Shown here: positions 34,600 through 44,524 of the stretch, in pieces | Position numbering within the stretch: the first letter of the stretch is position 1 | Layout of the letters: every line of letters starts with the position of its first letter | Assembly: GCA_963814375.1 (NCBI GenBank) | Contig: CAWFCQ010000005.1 | Location: forward strand, 1-64,000 | DNA: 64,000 bases | Reading direction: 5' to 3' | From: an uncultured Chloroflexia bacterium | GTDB taxonomy: Bacteria; Chloroflexota; Limnocylindria; QHBO01 | Notes under the pieces: model-generated | What the model was told of the DNA's origin: nothing | The model's database searches: none | Seen by the model: only the letters and a program-made list of their open reading frames with translations | Translations under genes and position numbers: made by a program

Positions 34600-35151
34600 A
34601 TGCGCCGCATCGTCGTCGCTCTACCATTGGCAGCCCTGCTCGTCATGCTGACTGCGACCGCGGTCCTCGCCCAGAACGCGAGTGTGACCATCACCAATCT
34701 GATCTGTCCCACGGGCTACAGCGGAACCAACCACGCTGCCGATTGCATGGGCGTCGCTGATCCGCCGCTTCCGTTCGAGATCACCGGCCCGGCAAGCGCG
34801 GATGGACAGACGGACGCCACAGGGACTGTCGTGTTCGAGGGCCTGCCAGCGGGCACGTATACGGTCACCGGTGGCGCCCCAGGCGACTTCGCCGCGGCAG
34901 TCATCGAGTGCGAAGGACAGGAGTCCATATCCCAGGACGGGGTCATCCTGACCCTGGAGATCGCCGCGGACGCGGCCGTGGCGTGCAGCTGGTGGAATGT
35001 CCCCGAGGACACGTCCGGCATGCCGCCCACCACGGCGATGGCGGTGGACCCGCCAGCTGGCTCTGCGCTCCTGGGCATGCTGATGGTGCTGCTGTCCATC
35101 TCGATGCTCGCCCGAGCTGCGCGCTCTCGCCGGTCCGTCGCCCGGTCCTGA
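34600..35151 (+). CDS. Secreted Ig-like protein with C-terminal membrane anchor (MPPTT, LPxTG-like)
   Basis: Signal peptide, TDATGTVVFEGLPAGTYTVT prealbumin-like motif, TM helix + basic tail. Confidence 0.7.
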   Translation: MRRIVVALPLAALLVMLTATAVLAQNASVTITNLICPTGYSGTNHAADCMGVADPPLPFEITGPASADGQTDATGTVVFEGLPAGTYTVTGGAPGDFAAAVIECEGQESISQDGVILTLEIAADAAVACSWWNVPEDTSGMPPTTAMAVDPPAGSALLGMLMVLLSISMLARAARSRRSVARS

Positions 35152-35456
35152 GACATCGCTCGGCTCCACGGCTACTTGCTTCCCTTCCGGCGGCCCCGTT
35201 CGCAGTTGGCGACGTGCGCTAGGTCCGGTTTTACCCGACCCTTGCCGTAGAGTTGCGAACGAGCCGCCGGTTCAACTGGGTTCCCCCCGCAGTCTGTCCG
35301 GCGGCTCATTCCCCCCTGCCGGTGTCTCTTTGCACCGGTCCTGCCATCGGCATGCCGGTTGCATGACGCACTTGCGCGTCGCGATCCGTTCGCGACTGCG
35401 CGCGCCGAGCGCTGAGGGTGTCGCGGGAGAGTTGGCGGCCCTCGTAGGATCCCCGC

Positions 35457-36677
35457 ATGGGCCTCACCCGGCGTGCCGTGCAGCGGCTGGTCTCCATTGG
35501 CGATGAGCCCTCGGACGATGACGATCTGCGGCTGCGCAAGCGGGTCGGGGTCCTGGCGGGAATCGCAACGATCTTCGCGCCGCTGACGTTGCCGATCCAG
35601 ACCCAGGGTCAGCCCGTCAGCTACGTGCTCGGGATCGGGCTGGCCCTCTTCAGCGTCGTCAATCTCGGGGTGCTGGCGGCGACGCACCGATTCGACAGGT
35701 ACCTCATCGGCCTGATCGCCGCTGGCACGGTGTTCGTGCCAGCAGCCCACCTGGTCGGGGGCGGCATCACCGGGACCAGCCCGGGGCTGGTGTGGGCGTT
35801 CCTCGTGCCCGCCTACGCGATCATGGCCCTGGGCCCCCGTCGAGCCCTTCCCTGGTTCGCAGCATTTCTGGTCAGCGTGTTGTTCATGGTTGTGCTCGAC
35901 CCATGGGCACGCGACACCTTCGGCGAAGGCCCGTACCCCTTCCGAGTGCTCGGCTGGACAACGAATGTCGTCCTTCCGCTCACGATCGTGTTCGTACTGT
36001 TGCGGTTCACCGATCTCCGTCGCCGGGCGGCGGAGGCCCGTGCGGACGAGCTCCTCGTGAATGCGATCCCGGCCTCAATCGCGGCTCGGCTCAAGCACGG
36101 CGAGGAGCGGATAGCTGAGCATTATCCGGAGACGACCGTCCTGTTCGCCGACGTCGCCGGCTTCACGCCATGGGCGAATCGAACGGATGCTGTTCGGGTT
36201 GTCGGCCTGCTCGAGGACCTCTTCACGCGCTTCGACGGCGTGGCGTTCGAGACCGGGATTGAGAAGCTCAAGACGATGGGCGATGCGTACATGGCGGTCG
36301 CCGGAGCCCCGCAAAAGGTTGAGGACCATGCCGCTGCCGCCCTCCGAGCGGCGCGAGGCATGCTGGCGGCGGCCGCGACCTGGCGGGAAGTGCACCGGGA
36401 GGAGCTGGAATTGCGCATCGGCATCGCCAGCGGGCCAGTGGTTGGTGGCGTCATCGGGGGCCAGCGGATCCTGTTCGATCTTTGGGGCGACACGGTCAAC
36501 ACGGCGGCCCGGATGCAGACGAGCGGCATCCCGGGCCGCATCCAAGTCGCGGCGTCGACGATGCAGCTGACAGCAGGGCCGTTCCAGTTCGAGGAGCGCG
36601 TGGTTGACGTGAAGGGCCTCGGGCGGCTCAGCGTCTATCTCCTCGAGGATCACGTCCGCGGGAAGGGCGAGAGGTAG
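35457..36677 (+). CDS. Membrane-bound class III adenylate/guanylate cyclase
   Basis: About six TM helices; VLFADVAGFT, KLKTMGDAYM, RIGIASG, FDLWGDTVNTAARM. Confidence 0.94.
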   Translation: MGLTRRAVQRLVSIGDEPSDDDDLRLRKRVGVLAGIATIFAPLTLPIQTQGQPVSYVLGIGLALFSVVNLGVLAATHRFDRYLIGLIAAGTVFVPAAHLVGGGITGTSPGLVWAFLVPAYAIMALGPRRALPWFAAFLVSVLFMVVLDPWARDTFGEGPYPFRVLGWTTNVVLPLTIVFVLLRFTDLRRRAAEARADELLVNAIPASIAARLKHGEERIAEHYPETTVLFADVAGFTPWANRTDAVRVVGLLEDLFTRFDGVAFETGIEKLKTMGDAYMAVAGAPQKVEDHAAAALRAARGMLAAAATWREVHREELELRIGIASGPVVGGVIGGQRILFDLWGDTVNTAARMQTSGIPGRIQVAASTMQLTAGPFQFEERVVDVKGLGRLSVYLLEDHVRGKGER

Positions 36678-36808
36678 AGCGAAACGACGTCGCGGTAGGC
36701 CGTGTACTCAGGGCCTAATCGATGGCTCTGAAGGTATCTCAAGGCCCGCTTGAGCTGTGCCACAGCGTTGGGACCGGTCTGAGTCCGCAGACTGCGATCG
36801 GGTTCCGG

Positions 36809-37345
36809 CTAGCGGGGGTCGACATTCTCCTCCCCCACCGGAGCCTGGAAGGTGAAGCGCGTCGCCGATGTGTTGAACCGCCGCACGTCGAAGGCGATCA
36901 GCTTCGTCGGGCGCGCCCGGAAAATTGGTCCATTCACGTATTGCGCCACGGGTGGCCGATAGTCGAAGTCCGCCCCGTACTTCGCCGCGTATTGGCGCGC
37001 GATCCTGGCAGCGACGTCGCGCTCGAGACCTCCGGCGACGTCCACCACCGCCTGGCCGTACGCGGCCCGATCGCCGACCTGCACTCCGAAGGCGAGCCGC
37101 GGGTCACGCGCGAGGTTGCGTGCCCACCGGGTCCGGTCGCTTCCCTCGAAGTAGAGAGTGTCGTCGACCCAGGCGCACCACTGCTCGACGAGATGAGGCG
37201 CTCCATCCGCGCCGGTGGTCGAGATCCAGAGGTATCGCGCGGTGCGCAACATGCGCTGCACGGCGGCCCAGGTCAGCATCCCCTTCGGTGCACGGGTGAT
37301 GTACCCCGGCGGAAGTTGTGGCCGATCGCGTTTCGGGGTGGTCAT
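36809..37345 (-). CDS. Pyridoxamine 5'-phosphate oxidase (PPOX)-like protein
   Basis: YLWISTTGADGAPH, RWARNLARDPR. Confidence 0.82.
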   Translation of the reverse strand: MTTPKRDRPQLPPGYITRAPKGMLTWAAVQRMLRTARYLWISTTGADGAPHLVEQWCAWVDDTLYFEGSDRTRWARNLARDPRLAFGVQVGDRAAYGQAVVDVAGGLERDVAARIARQYAAKYGADFDYRPPVAQYVNGPIFRARPTKLIAFDVRRFNTSATRFTFQAPVGEENVDPR

Positions 37346-37402
37346 GCCTGACATCGTATCGGCCAAGGCCTGTCCAGGACGATCGCTGCCGGCCGCGTCC
37401 CG

Positions 37403-38515
37403 TCATGACGCGCGTGTCATCGCCAGGACATGCTCGCCGATCGCCAAGGACGCGGTGAGGCCCGGCGACTCGATGCCGAAGAGATGAATCAGGCCCGGGA
37501 TGCGGTGCCTCTCGGGACCGTGGAAGGTGAAGTCCTGCGCCGGCGCACCTGGCGGCACGATCTTCGGCCGGATGCCGGCAAAGTCGGGGTGCAGTGCGCC
37601 GTCCTTCAGGCCCGGCCAGTATCGGCGCACCGCAGCGTAGAATCCGTCGCCGCGCGAGGGGTCGACGGCGTAGTCGATCTCGTCGATCCATTCGACGTCG
37701 GGGCCGAACCGCGCCTGGCCACCCAGATCGACCGTGATGTGGACCCCCAGTCCGCCAGGCACCGGCACCGGGTAGATCAGCCTCGAGAAGGGCGATGGAC
37801 CGCTCAAGCGGAAGTAGTTGCCCTTGGCGTAGTAGGCGGTCGGGAGCGTGTCGTACATCGCGCCGTCAATCCGACGTGCCAAATCGGGCGCGCGCAGCCC
37901 TGCGCTGTTCACCAGCAGGCGCGCGCGCAAAGTGATCGGAGGCCCGCCGCCGACGTCGATCTCGAGGCCCCCGTCGGCGACGCGACCGCGCTCCATCGGG
38001 CTGTGAAAGGCGATGATCGTGCCGGCGGCCTCGGCGTCGCTGCGCAGCGCTGCCATGAGGCGGTGGCTGTCGACGATGCCGGTGGCCGGCGAGAGCAACG
38101 CGCCCGTGCAACTGAGCTCCGGCTCGATCGCCGTCGCTTCGGCAGCGTCGAGGAGGCGCATGCCCTCGACGCCATTGGCCTCGGCGCGTGCTTTGATCGA
38201 GACGAGGGTCTCGGTCTCGGGCACCGTCGTGGCGACGATCAGCTTGCCGCACCTGTTGTAGGGCACGCCGCGGTCGTCGCAGTACCGATACAGCATGCGC
38301 CGACCTTGAACGCAGAGCCGCGCCATGTTGCTGCCCTTGGGATAGTAGATGCCGGCGTGCACTATTTCGCTGTTGCGGGATGACGTCTCGGTGCCGATGG
38401 TCTCGTGGGCTTCAAGTACGATCACCTCCCGCCCGGCCATCGCCAGCGCACGCGCCACCGCCAGGCCGACGACTCCAGCACCGACCACGACGGAGTCAAC
38501 CGTCTCGTACGCCAC
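37403..38515 (-). CDS. FAD-dependent oxidoreductase, L-2-hydroxyglutarate oxidase-like
   Basis: [41 protein letters not shown]. Confidence 0.92.
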   Translation of the reverse strand: MAYETVDSVVVGAGVVGLAVARALAMAGREVIVLEAHETIGTETSSRNSEIVHAGIYYPKGSNMARLCVQGRRMLYRYCDDRGVPYNRCGKLIVATTVPETETLVSIKARAEANGVEGMRLLDAAEATAIEPELSCTGALLSPATGIVDSHRLMAALRSDAEAAGTIIAFHSPMERGRVADGGLEIDVGGGPPITLRARLLVNSAGLRAPDLARRIDGAMYDTLPTAYYAKGNYFRLSGPSPFSRLIYPVPVPGGLGVHITVDLGGQARFGPDVEWIDEIDYAVDPSRGDGFYAAVRRYWPGLKDGALHPDFAGIRPKIVPPGAPAQDFTFHGPERHRIPGLIHLFGIESPGLTASLAIGEHVLAMTRAS

Positions 38516-38626
38516 GGCGCGCACTGTAGCGGCAATGCCGACGTCTGAGCGGTTCGAGCGGTTGGCTCGCCAACGCCTGGGCTCGGCCGGCTTGTGCTCC
38601 CATCCTGGACGTGTCACGTTTCGCGG

Positions 38627-39679
38627 ATGCTCTCTGCCGATGCTCTGACCGCTCTCGACACCCAGCTTGAGCGATGGAGCCGAGAACGGGATTACTCCGG
38701 CACGGTCCTCTTGACGCGGGCGGGCTCCACCATCTTCGAGCGCTGCTATGGGCTGGCCGATCGGGCTGCGGGTATCCCGATCACAGCGGAGACTCGGTTC
38801 GGGTTGGCGTCGGTGACGAAGCTGTTCACAGCCGTTGCGATCGCCGATTGCGTTTCGGCCGGGCTGCTGCGATTCGATGATGCGGTGGCGGACCTGCTGC
38901 CGGCCGGACGCCGCCCGACGACCCTGCGCTCCGACGTGACGGTGCATCACCTCCTCACGCATACGTCGGGAATCGCCGACTACTGCGAGGAGGACGAGGA
39001 CTCGCCGGGCTACGTCGAGGACTACGGCGCGCTCTGGGACGACCTGCCGAACTACAGCATGCTGCGGCCGGTCGACTTCCTGCCGCTCTTCGGGGATCGT
39101 CCGCCCTACCGACCTCCCGGCCAGAAGTGGCAGTACTCGAACGCCGGGTATGTCGTGCTCGGCCTCGTCATCGAGGAGGTGTCGGGGCAGCCGTACACGG
39201 ACTTCGTCCAGAAGCGCGTCTTCGACCGTGCGGGGATGACGTCATCCGGGTTCTTCCGCCTGGACGAGGCTCGTCCGAGCGTCGCGATCGGCTATCTGCC
39301 GCGACCATCGCCGGACGCGCCCTGCAGATCGAACATCTACCGGACGCCGGTGATCGGCGGCGCCGATGGCGGCGCATTCAGCACGAGCCGTGATCTCGAC
39401 CTCTTCCTTCATCGGATCGCCGATGGAACGCTGCTGGGACCGCTGCAGGACGTCGTTCTCGCACGGCACGCTGACGCCGGCGAGGGCTTCCATAGCGGCT
39501 ACGGCTTCCTCCACCATCCGGACGGCCGGTACGGCCACGAAGGTGGCGACCCCGGCGTCGAGGCATTCGCCGAGCGCTTCCCGGACGACGAGGTCAACCT
39601 GGTCGTCCTCTGCAATATGGAGGGGCTCTCCGACGATGTGCGAGATGCCCTCGTGGAAGCGTGGCGAGGGACCGCCTAA
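38627..39679 (+). CDS. Serine hydrolase, beta-lactamase class C-like
   Basis: SVTK (SxxK), LLTHTSG, YSN, GHEGG. Confidence 0.92.
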   Translation: MLSADALTALDTQLERWSRERDYSGTVLLTRAGSTIFERCYGLADRAAGIPITAETRFGLASVTKLFTAVAIADCVSAGLLRFDDAVADLLPAGRRPTTLRSDVTVHHLLTHTSGIADYCEEDEDSPGYVEDYGALWDDLPNYSMLRPVDFLPLFGDRPPYRPPGQKWQYSNAGYVVLGLVIEEVSGQPYTDFVQKRVFDRAGMTSSGFFRLDEARPSVAIGYLPRPSPDAPCRSNIYRTPVIGGADGGAFSTSRDLDLFLHRIADGTLLGPLQDVVLARHADAGEGFHSGYGFLHHPDGRYGHEGGDPGVEAFAERFPDDEVNLVVLCNMEGLSDDVRDALVEAWRGTA

Positions 39680-39775
39680 GCGAGCGGGATACGGGGAGAG
39701 CAGCTGACCTCGGAGCTGGCACACCGATTGCTTCGCGGGCGGCGGCGGTGACAACCAGTGGAGGGGGTTGACAGC

Positions 39776-40003
39776 ATGGCTCTTCTACCTGCCGCGGCGG
39801 CCACTGGCCTGCCCGGAAGGGCGCTGCTCCGGCGGCTGATGATCATCTGCCCGATCACGGGGCTGGCGACGGACACTGGATTCGAACTGTATGAAATCCC
39901 CCGAGCTGCCCGAAGCCCCCAGACCTTGATCGATTGCCTCGAATGCGGCCAGGACCATTCCTGGCGCATCGAGGACGCAGTGGTCGACCGCTCGTTTGAG
40001 TGA
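39776..40003 (+). CDS. Small putative zinc-binding protein
   Basis: IICPITG..TG..CLECGQDHSW. Confidence 0.65.
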   Translation: MALLPAAAATGLPGRALLRRLMIICPITGLATDTGFELYEIPRAARSPQTLIDCLECGQDHSWRIEDAVVDRSFE

Positions 40004-40027
40004 CGTAACTGGCGAGGACGGGTACCG

Positions 40028-40387
40028 ATGAGCGTTCGGAAGGTTTGGCAAAACTATGGACTCAGCATCACCCTCGCCGCCCTGTTTCTGGTGAGCCTTG
40101 CACTCCAGACGTGGATGGGCTGGGAAGACTTTGCCGCCGAGCAACAAGCGCATGGACAAGCGCCGGCGGCTTTCGGAGAAGGCGGCTACTTTTGGCGATG
40201 GGGCGAGGCGACGTTCGAGAATTGGCAGTCCGAGTTCCTGCAGCTGTTCACGTTCGTGGTGCTGACCGCGTTCCTCGTGCACCGCAGGAGCCACGAATCG
40301 CCCGATACCGACTACGACACCGAAGCATCCTTGCGTCGCATCGAGGCCAAGATCGACCAGCTTGAGAGGCGGAGCGCGGATCAATGA
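40028..40387 (+). CDS. Small conserved membrane protein (DUF6766-like)
   Basis: TFENWQSEFLQL, SHES motifs. Confidence 0.75.
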   Translation: MSVRKVWQNYGLSITLAALFLVSLALQTWMGWEDFAAEQQAHGQAPAAFGEGGYFWRWGEATFENWQSEFLQLFTFVVLTAFLVHRRSHESPDTDYDTEASLRRIEAKIDQLERRSADQ

Positions 40388-40539
40388 GCGACGAGAAGAT
40401 CACTGACCTTAGGGTCCGGAGCGAGCATTTGGCTGAGGTAAACCCGCCCGCTCATTGGGCCTATCTCTTCGGTGTCTTGCTGGGCGGCCTCGCGCTGATG
40501 GTGCTGCTCATGGCATGGCTAGGAGCTGGATCAGCGTAG
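40384..40539 (+). CDS. 51-aa single-TM protein not in the ORF track
   Basis: ATGA overlap with upstream stop; MSDEKITDLRVRSEHLAEVNPPAHWAYLFGVLLGGLALMVLLMAWLGAGSA. Confidence 0.65.
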   Translation: MSDEKITDLRVRSEHLAEVNPPAHWAYLFGVLLGGLALMVLLMAWLGAGSA

Positions 40540-40773
40540 TCCATCTCGGCGGCGCGGCCATCCCTGGTCAACAGGAGATTGAGCAGGCAGGCCGACGGCG
40601 CGTGGCTCGGTCGCTATCAGCGCAGCAGCCGGCGCCAGGCGCCCACAAGCCCACCCGCGAGGAGCGCGCTTCGTAGCGGGTGACGGACGAAGCTGCGCCC
40701 GAATGCCCGCCAGTCCGCGCCATCACCACGAACCATTCCAGCCGGCCTGGCGCAAGGTCGTCCTGATACCCAA

Positions 40774-41244
40774 CTAGGGTTCTGCTGCCTGAGGTCTCGA
40801 GATCAGAACGACCGCGGCGATGATCATCAACGCTCCCCAAGCCATGAAGCCAACGTCGTAGGCGAACTGGTCCGGACCCGGTCGAACGTGATGTACGCCG
40901 AGGATGTGATGGTCGATGGCGCCCTCAACGACGTTGAAGGTGCCCCAACCGGCGAGGAGACCGCCGACGAGGTGGGACCAGCCGAACGAGGTGCCGCCCC
41001 GGAGGAGGCCCCAGAGAAGGAACACGCCTACGCACGTGAAGAACCAGGCGGAAGCGTGGAATACGCCGTCGGCAACCGTGTTGACCTCGAGGTTCGCCAA
41101 CGAGTCCGGCGGTGTGTGAGCGGAAAGCATGTGGTGCCACTGCAGAATCTGGTGCAGGACGATGCCGTCGAAGAGGCCACCCAGTCCGAGCCCCAACACG
41201 AACGGGGCGATCAGGGTTCGCCTGGATGACTCGGAGGTCGACAC
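40774..41244 (-). CDS. DUF2243 membrane protein
   Basis: DGIVLHQILQWHHM, DGVFH, EGAIDHHILGVHHV. Confidence 0.88.
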   Translation of the reverse strand: MSTSESSRRTLIAPFVLGLGLGGLFDGIVLHQILQWHHMLSAHTPPDSLANLEVNTVADGVFHASAWFFTCVGVFLLWGLLRGGTSFGWSHLVGGLLAGWGTFNVVEGAIDHHILGVHHVRPGPDQFAYDVGFMAWGALMIIAAVVLISRPQAAEP

Positions 41245-41299
41245 GAATTCGGGCTGTTGCAGAAACGGTACCGCCTCATCTCAAGCGCTTGACGCCTCA

Positions 41300-42400
41300 T
41301 CAATCGGTGACGGTCGGCGGCATCAGCTCCGCGTACGCCGCCAGGCAGCGCTCTGCGCAGCGAGACCAGGTCCACTCGGCGACCACGTCCTCGCGGGCCT
41401 GCCGGCCCATTCGGGCGGCGAGCGCTGGTTGACGCACCAATCGCTCGATGGAGCGCCGAAGGCCATCCACGTCGCCGGGGTCGACAATTAGCCCGGTGAC
41501 ACCATCGCGGACCAATTCCGGCAGTCCGCCGACCCGGCTGGCAATGACCGGAGTGCCACTCGCCATGGCCTCGATGGCCACCAGGCCAAGCAGCTCGGAC
41601 ACCCGGATCCTTCGCCCGTAGCAGGTGCGTTCCACCGAGGGCATGACGACGGCCATTGCCTGCCGGTAGAGCCGCGGGAGCTCCATGTCATCGACGGGGC
41701 CCGCGAAGCGCACCTGACGTCCCGACGCCAGGGATCGCAGAAGGACTGGGTACTCTCGCTCCGGAAGATCCAGGTCGTGACCGTCGCTGCCCACGATGGT
41801 CAGCGGCACGTCAGGCGGGAGAGCGCGGATCAAAGTGTCGGTGCCCTTATGGGGGGTGAGCCGTCCGACGAACAGAAGGCCCCTCCGCGCTACCGCCGCA
41901 TCCGGCGCGTATCGGGCCGGGTCGGCGCCGCCGTAGATGATGCGGGTCCTGGATCCCGGCGATCCGAGCTCGTTGGCCGAGTAGCGGGACACCGTCAGGA
42001 ACCTGTCGTAGAGCCGCGGCACGAGGCCGAACCAGTCGCTGCCCTGCAGCCCGTGATCCGTCACCACCACTCGCGTGCCCCTGGCACGCGCGGTTATCGC
42101 TGCCAGGATGCTCGCGGGGCTGCGCATCTGATGCACGTGGACGACGTCGGCCCTGCTGAGCGCTCGCGGTAATGAGGGGGCGATCGGACGTGCGGGGTGG
42201 CCGCCCAGATAACGGATCGGGCGGAGAACCCGGACGCGGAGCGGCCCTTCGTCCCACTGACCGGCCACCTGGCCGAAGGTGATCAGCTCGGAAGGGATAT
42301 GCTCGGCCAACTCCCGGGCCAGCTCGTGTGGATATCGTTCACCGCCGCCGAACAGGCCCCCCGAACCGAACGACGTCGGAGCCACATGGATGACTCGCAC
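41300..42400 (-). CDS. GT4 glycosyltransferase
   Basis: GGGERY, FVGRLTPHKG, ELLGLVAIEAMASGTPV. Confidence 0.92.
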   Translation of the reverse strand: MRVIHVAPTSFGSGGLFGGGERYPHELARELAEHIPSELITFGQVAGQWDEGPLRVRVLRPIRYLGGHPARPIAPSLPRALSRADVVHVHQMRSPASILAAITARARGTRVVVTDHGLQGSDWFGLVPRLYDRFLTVSRYSANELGSPGSRTRIIYGGADPARYAPDAAVARRGLLFVGRLTPHKGTDTLIRALPPDVPLTIVGSDGHDLDLPEREYPVLLRSLASGRQVRFAGPVDDMELPRLYRQAMAVVMPSVERTCYGRRIRVSELLGLVAIEAMASGTPVIASRVGGLPELVRDGVTGLIVDPGDVDGLRRSIERLVRQPALAARMGRQAREDVVAEWTWSRCAERCLAAYAELMPPTVTD

Positions 42401-43508
42401 GCGGGTAGTGCTCCTGACCCTAGGTGACCCGGATCGGGTGACGGGCGGCTATCTCTTTCACCGCCGGCTCGCCGACCGGGCTGCCGAATTCGACATGGCG
42501 ATCACCTTCGTCTCGATCCCGGATGGTCCACTCCCCTACGGAGTGGTCTCCGGACCCGGCTGGCTTCGGGACCGCGCGGTACGAGAAGCCCACGTGGTCG
42601 TCGTCGACAGCATTGCCGCGGCGGCTGCGGCTCCGTGGCTTGGCCGCGTTCGCGTGCCTGTGATGGCAATGATTCACCAACCCGTCGGAGGCATGGACTC
42701 GGGCCGTCTCGGCCGCTGGGCGAGGATTCCACTCGACCGCTGGGCGTACCGTCGAGCCAATCCGCTCATGGTGGCAAGCGAGTGGCTGGTCGAGCAGCTC
42801 GTGGCGGCGAGAATTCCTCGGCGAAAGCTGCGCGTCGTCCCGCCCGGTAAGGACCCTGAAGCCGATAGTGTCTCGGCTCAGCCGGGCGTCCCAAGCATCA
42901 CCAGCTCGGAGCTGCGCCAGGGCCGTCAGATGGCCGCCGTGTGCGTCGCCAACTGGCTCCCCCGCAAGGGTATCGTGGAGCTGCTCGACGCGGTTGCCGC
43001 GCTTCCGGACGACCTCGTTACCCTGCATCTCGTCGGCGATGCGAGCCAGGACAGCTCGTACGGGCCCGCAGTTCACAAGCGGCTCGGCCGAGAGGACCTC
43101 CGGAGCCGGGTCGTGGTCCATGGGCTGGTCTCCGCGAGAGTCGTGGCTCAGATGTATCTCGCCGTCGACGCCTTCGCGCTGCCGAGCTTCGTGGAACCCT
43201 ATGGGACCGTGTGGGGGGAGGCCATGGCCGCGGGGCTTCCGGTCATCGGATGGCGAGCCGGCAACCTTCCGTTCCTGGTCGATCACGAGCGCGAGGGCCT
43301 GCTTGTCCCGGTGGGCGACATAAATGCCCTGAGCGAGGCATTGGCGCGAGCGGCGCGGGACCCTGCGATGCGGGAACGCATGGGCAGCGCGGCACGCACT
43401 CGCGCGGCATCACGGCCGACGTGGGACGAGACGGCAAGCCTCTTCTTCACTGAGATTCGCCAAGTCCTCGGGCGCCCACGAGATCGGCGGCCTGGCCGAG
43501 ATCGGTGA
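42390..43508 (+). CDS. GT4 glycosyltransferase
   Basis: TGGYLFHRRL, VANWLPRKG, EPYGTVWGEAMAAGLPV. Confidence 0.92.
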   Translation: MTRTRVVLLTLGDPDRVTGGYLFHRRLADRAAEFDMAITFVSIPDGPLPYGVVSGPGWLRDRAVREAHVVVVDSIAAAAAAPWLGRVRVPVMAMIHQPVGGMDSGRLGRWARIPLDRWAYRRANPLMVASEWLVEQLVAARIPRRKLRVVPPGKDPEADSVSAQPGVPSITSSELRQGRQMAAVCVANWLPRKGIVELLDAVAALPDDLVTLHLVGDASQDSSYGPAVHKRLGREDLRSRVVVHGLVSARVVAQMYLAVDAFALPSFVEPYGTVWGEAMAAGLPVIGWRAGNLPFLVDHEREGLLVPVGDINALSEALARAARDPAMRERMGSAARTRAASRPTWDETASLFFTEIRQVLGRPRDRRPGRDR

Positions 43509-44142
43509 CCACCTTGTGACTGCTCGCGTGCCCGCCGGCTGAACCACGCCCACCTCGGCGCACGAGAATGGTGTCCATGCCCAACGCGGCTGCGCCGTCC
43601 AGCTGCGCCGGCTCATCATCGACGGCGGTCACCGCGTTCGCCTCGGCATCGAGCGAACCGAGGGCCACTGTTAGCAGCTCCGGCTTGAGGAGGCCAACGT
43701 CGCACGAGGCGAACACTGCGTCGACCATCGGCTGAAGCCCAAGCTCTCCCACCACATTCGCGGCTTCGGCCGACGCATTGGTCACGATGACGAGCCGGAG
43801 CCCCACCCCGCGCATTCGGCGGAGCGCCGGGACAACGTCCGAGTACAACGAAACCCCTCGCTTCCAGTTCGTCCGCTCGCGCTCGGCCAACGCCTGCAGC
43901 GAGCGATGCGAAAGGTCCGATCCGGTGGCGACCCCGGCAGCGGTGAACACTGCGGCGAGGTCGCCGGCAAGAGATCCGTACGCGCCCGTCATTCGCGCCC
44001 TGTGGGTCCCATCCCAGGCCCGACGGGCGGTGTCGGACCGGATGCCGACCATCGCAGCCAGGGCCGCCCGCCCACGCAGCAACGCCGGCCAGTCTGGCTC
44101 GACCAAGGTTCCATACAGGTCAAGGAATACCGTGCCCGTCAC
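43447..44142 (-). CDS. HAD family hydrolase
   Basis: FLDLYGTL, VTNA, LLKP, VDDEP motifs. Confidence 0.85.
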   Translation of the reverse strand: MTGTVFLDLYGTLVEPDWPALLRGRAALAAMVGIRSDTARRAWDGTHRARMTGAYGSLAGDLAAVFTAAGVATGSDLSHRSLQALAERERTNWKRGVSLYSDVVPALRRMRGVGLRLVIVTNASAEAANVVGELGLQPMVDAVFASCDVGLLKPELLTVALGSLDAEANAVTAVDDEPAQLDGAAALGMDTILVRRGGRGSAGGHASSHKVVTDLGQAADLVGARGLGESQ

Positions 44143-44149
44143 AGGACGG

Positions 44150-44524
44150 CTAGAGCTCCATGTCCACGGTGGCCCATGCAATCGGCGACTCGTGGACCGT
44201 CACCCGAAGCGATTCCAGCGGCGAGGACGGCGTGAGAGTCAGACGGACGTGATCCCACACGTGCTGCGCAACCATCTCCACCGTCGTGCTTTCGCCCGCG
44301 AAGTCCGAGAGGGAATCAAGTCGGGCCGATTCCAGATGGGCCAGGCATGCATCCAATGCCGATCCGAGATGGTCCAGGTCCAGCACCATCCCGCTCTCAT
44401 TGAGCGCCTGCCCCCGAACCACCACTTCCACCCGGTAGTCGTGTTCGTGATCCTCGGCGGCCGACGGCGTTTCCTCCAGCTGGTGCGCTGCGTGAAATGT
44501 CCGGGCAACTCCGACCTCATACAT
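44150..44524 (-). CDS. 6-carboxytetrahydropterin synthase / PTPS (QueD-like)
   Basis: FHAAHQL, HEHDYRVEV, TTVE, VHES. Confidence 0.88.
   Translation of the reverse strand: MYEVGVARTFHAAHQLEETPSAAEDHEHDYRVEVVVRGQALNESGMVLDLDHLGSALDACLAHLESARLDSLSDFAGESTTVEMVAQHVWDHVRLTLTPSSPLESLRVTVHESPIAWATVDMEL

Noticed and set aside
38519-38560. Possible inverted arm relic (CTGTAGCG..GAGCG)
   Set aside because: Better explained as a TACAGT -10 element just upstream of the oxidoreductase start; the match is too short for GC-rich DNA
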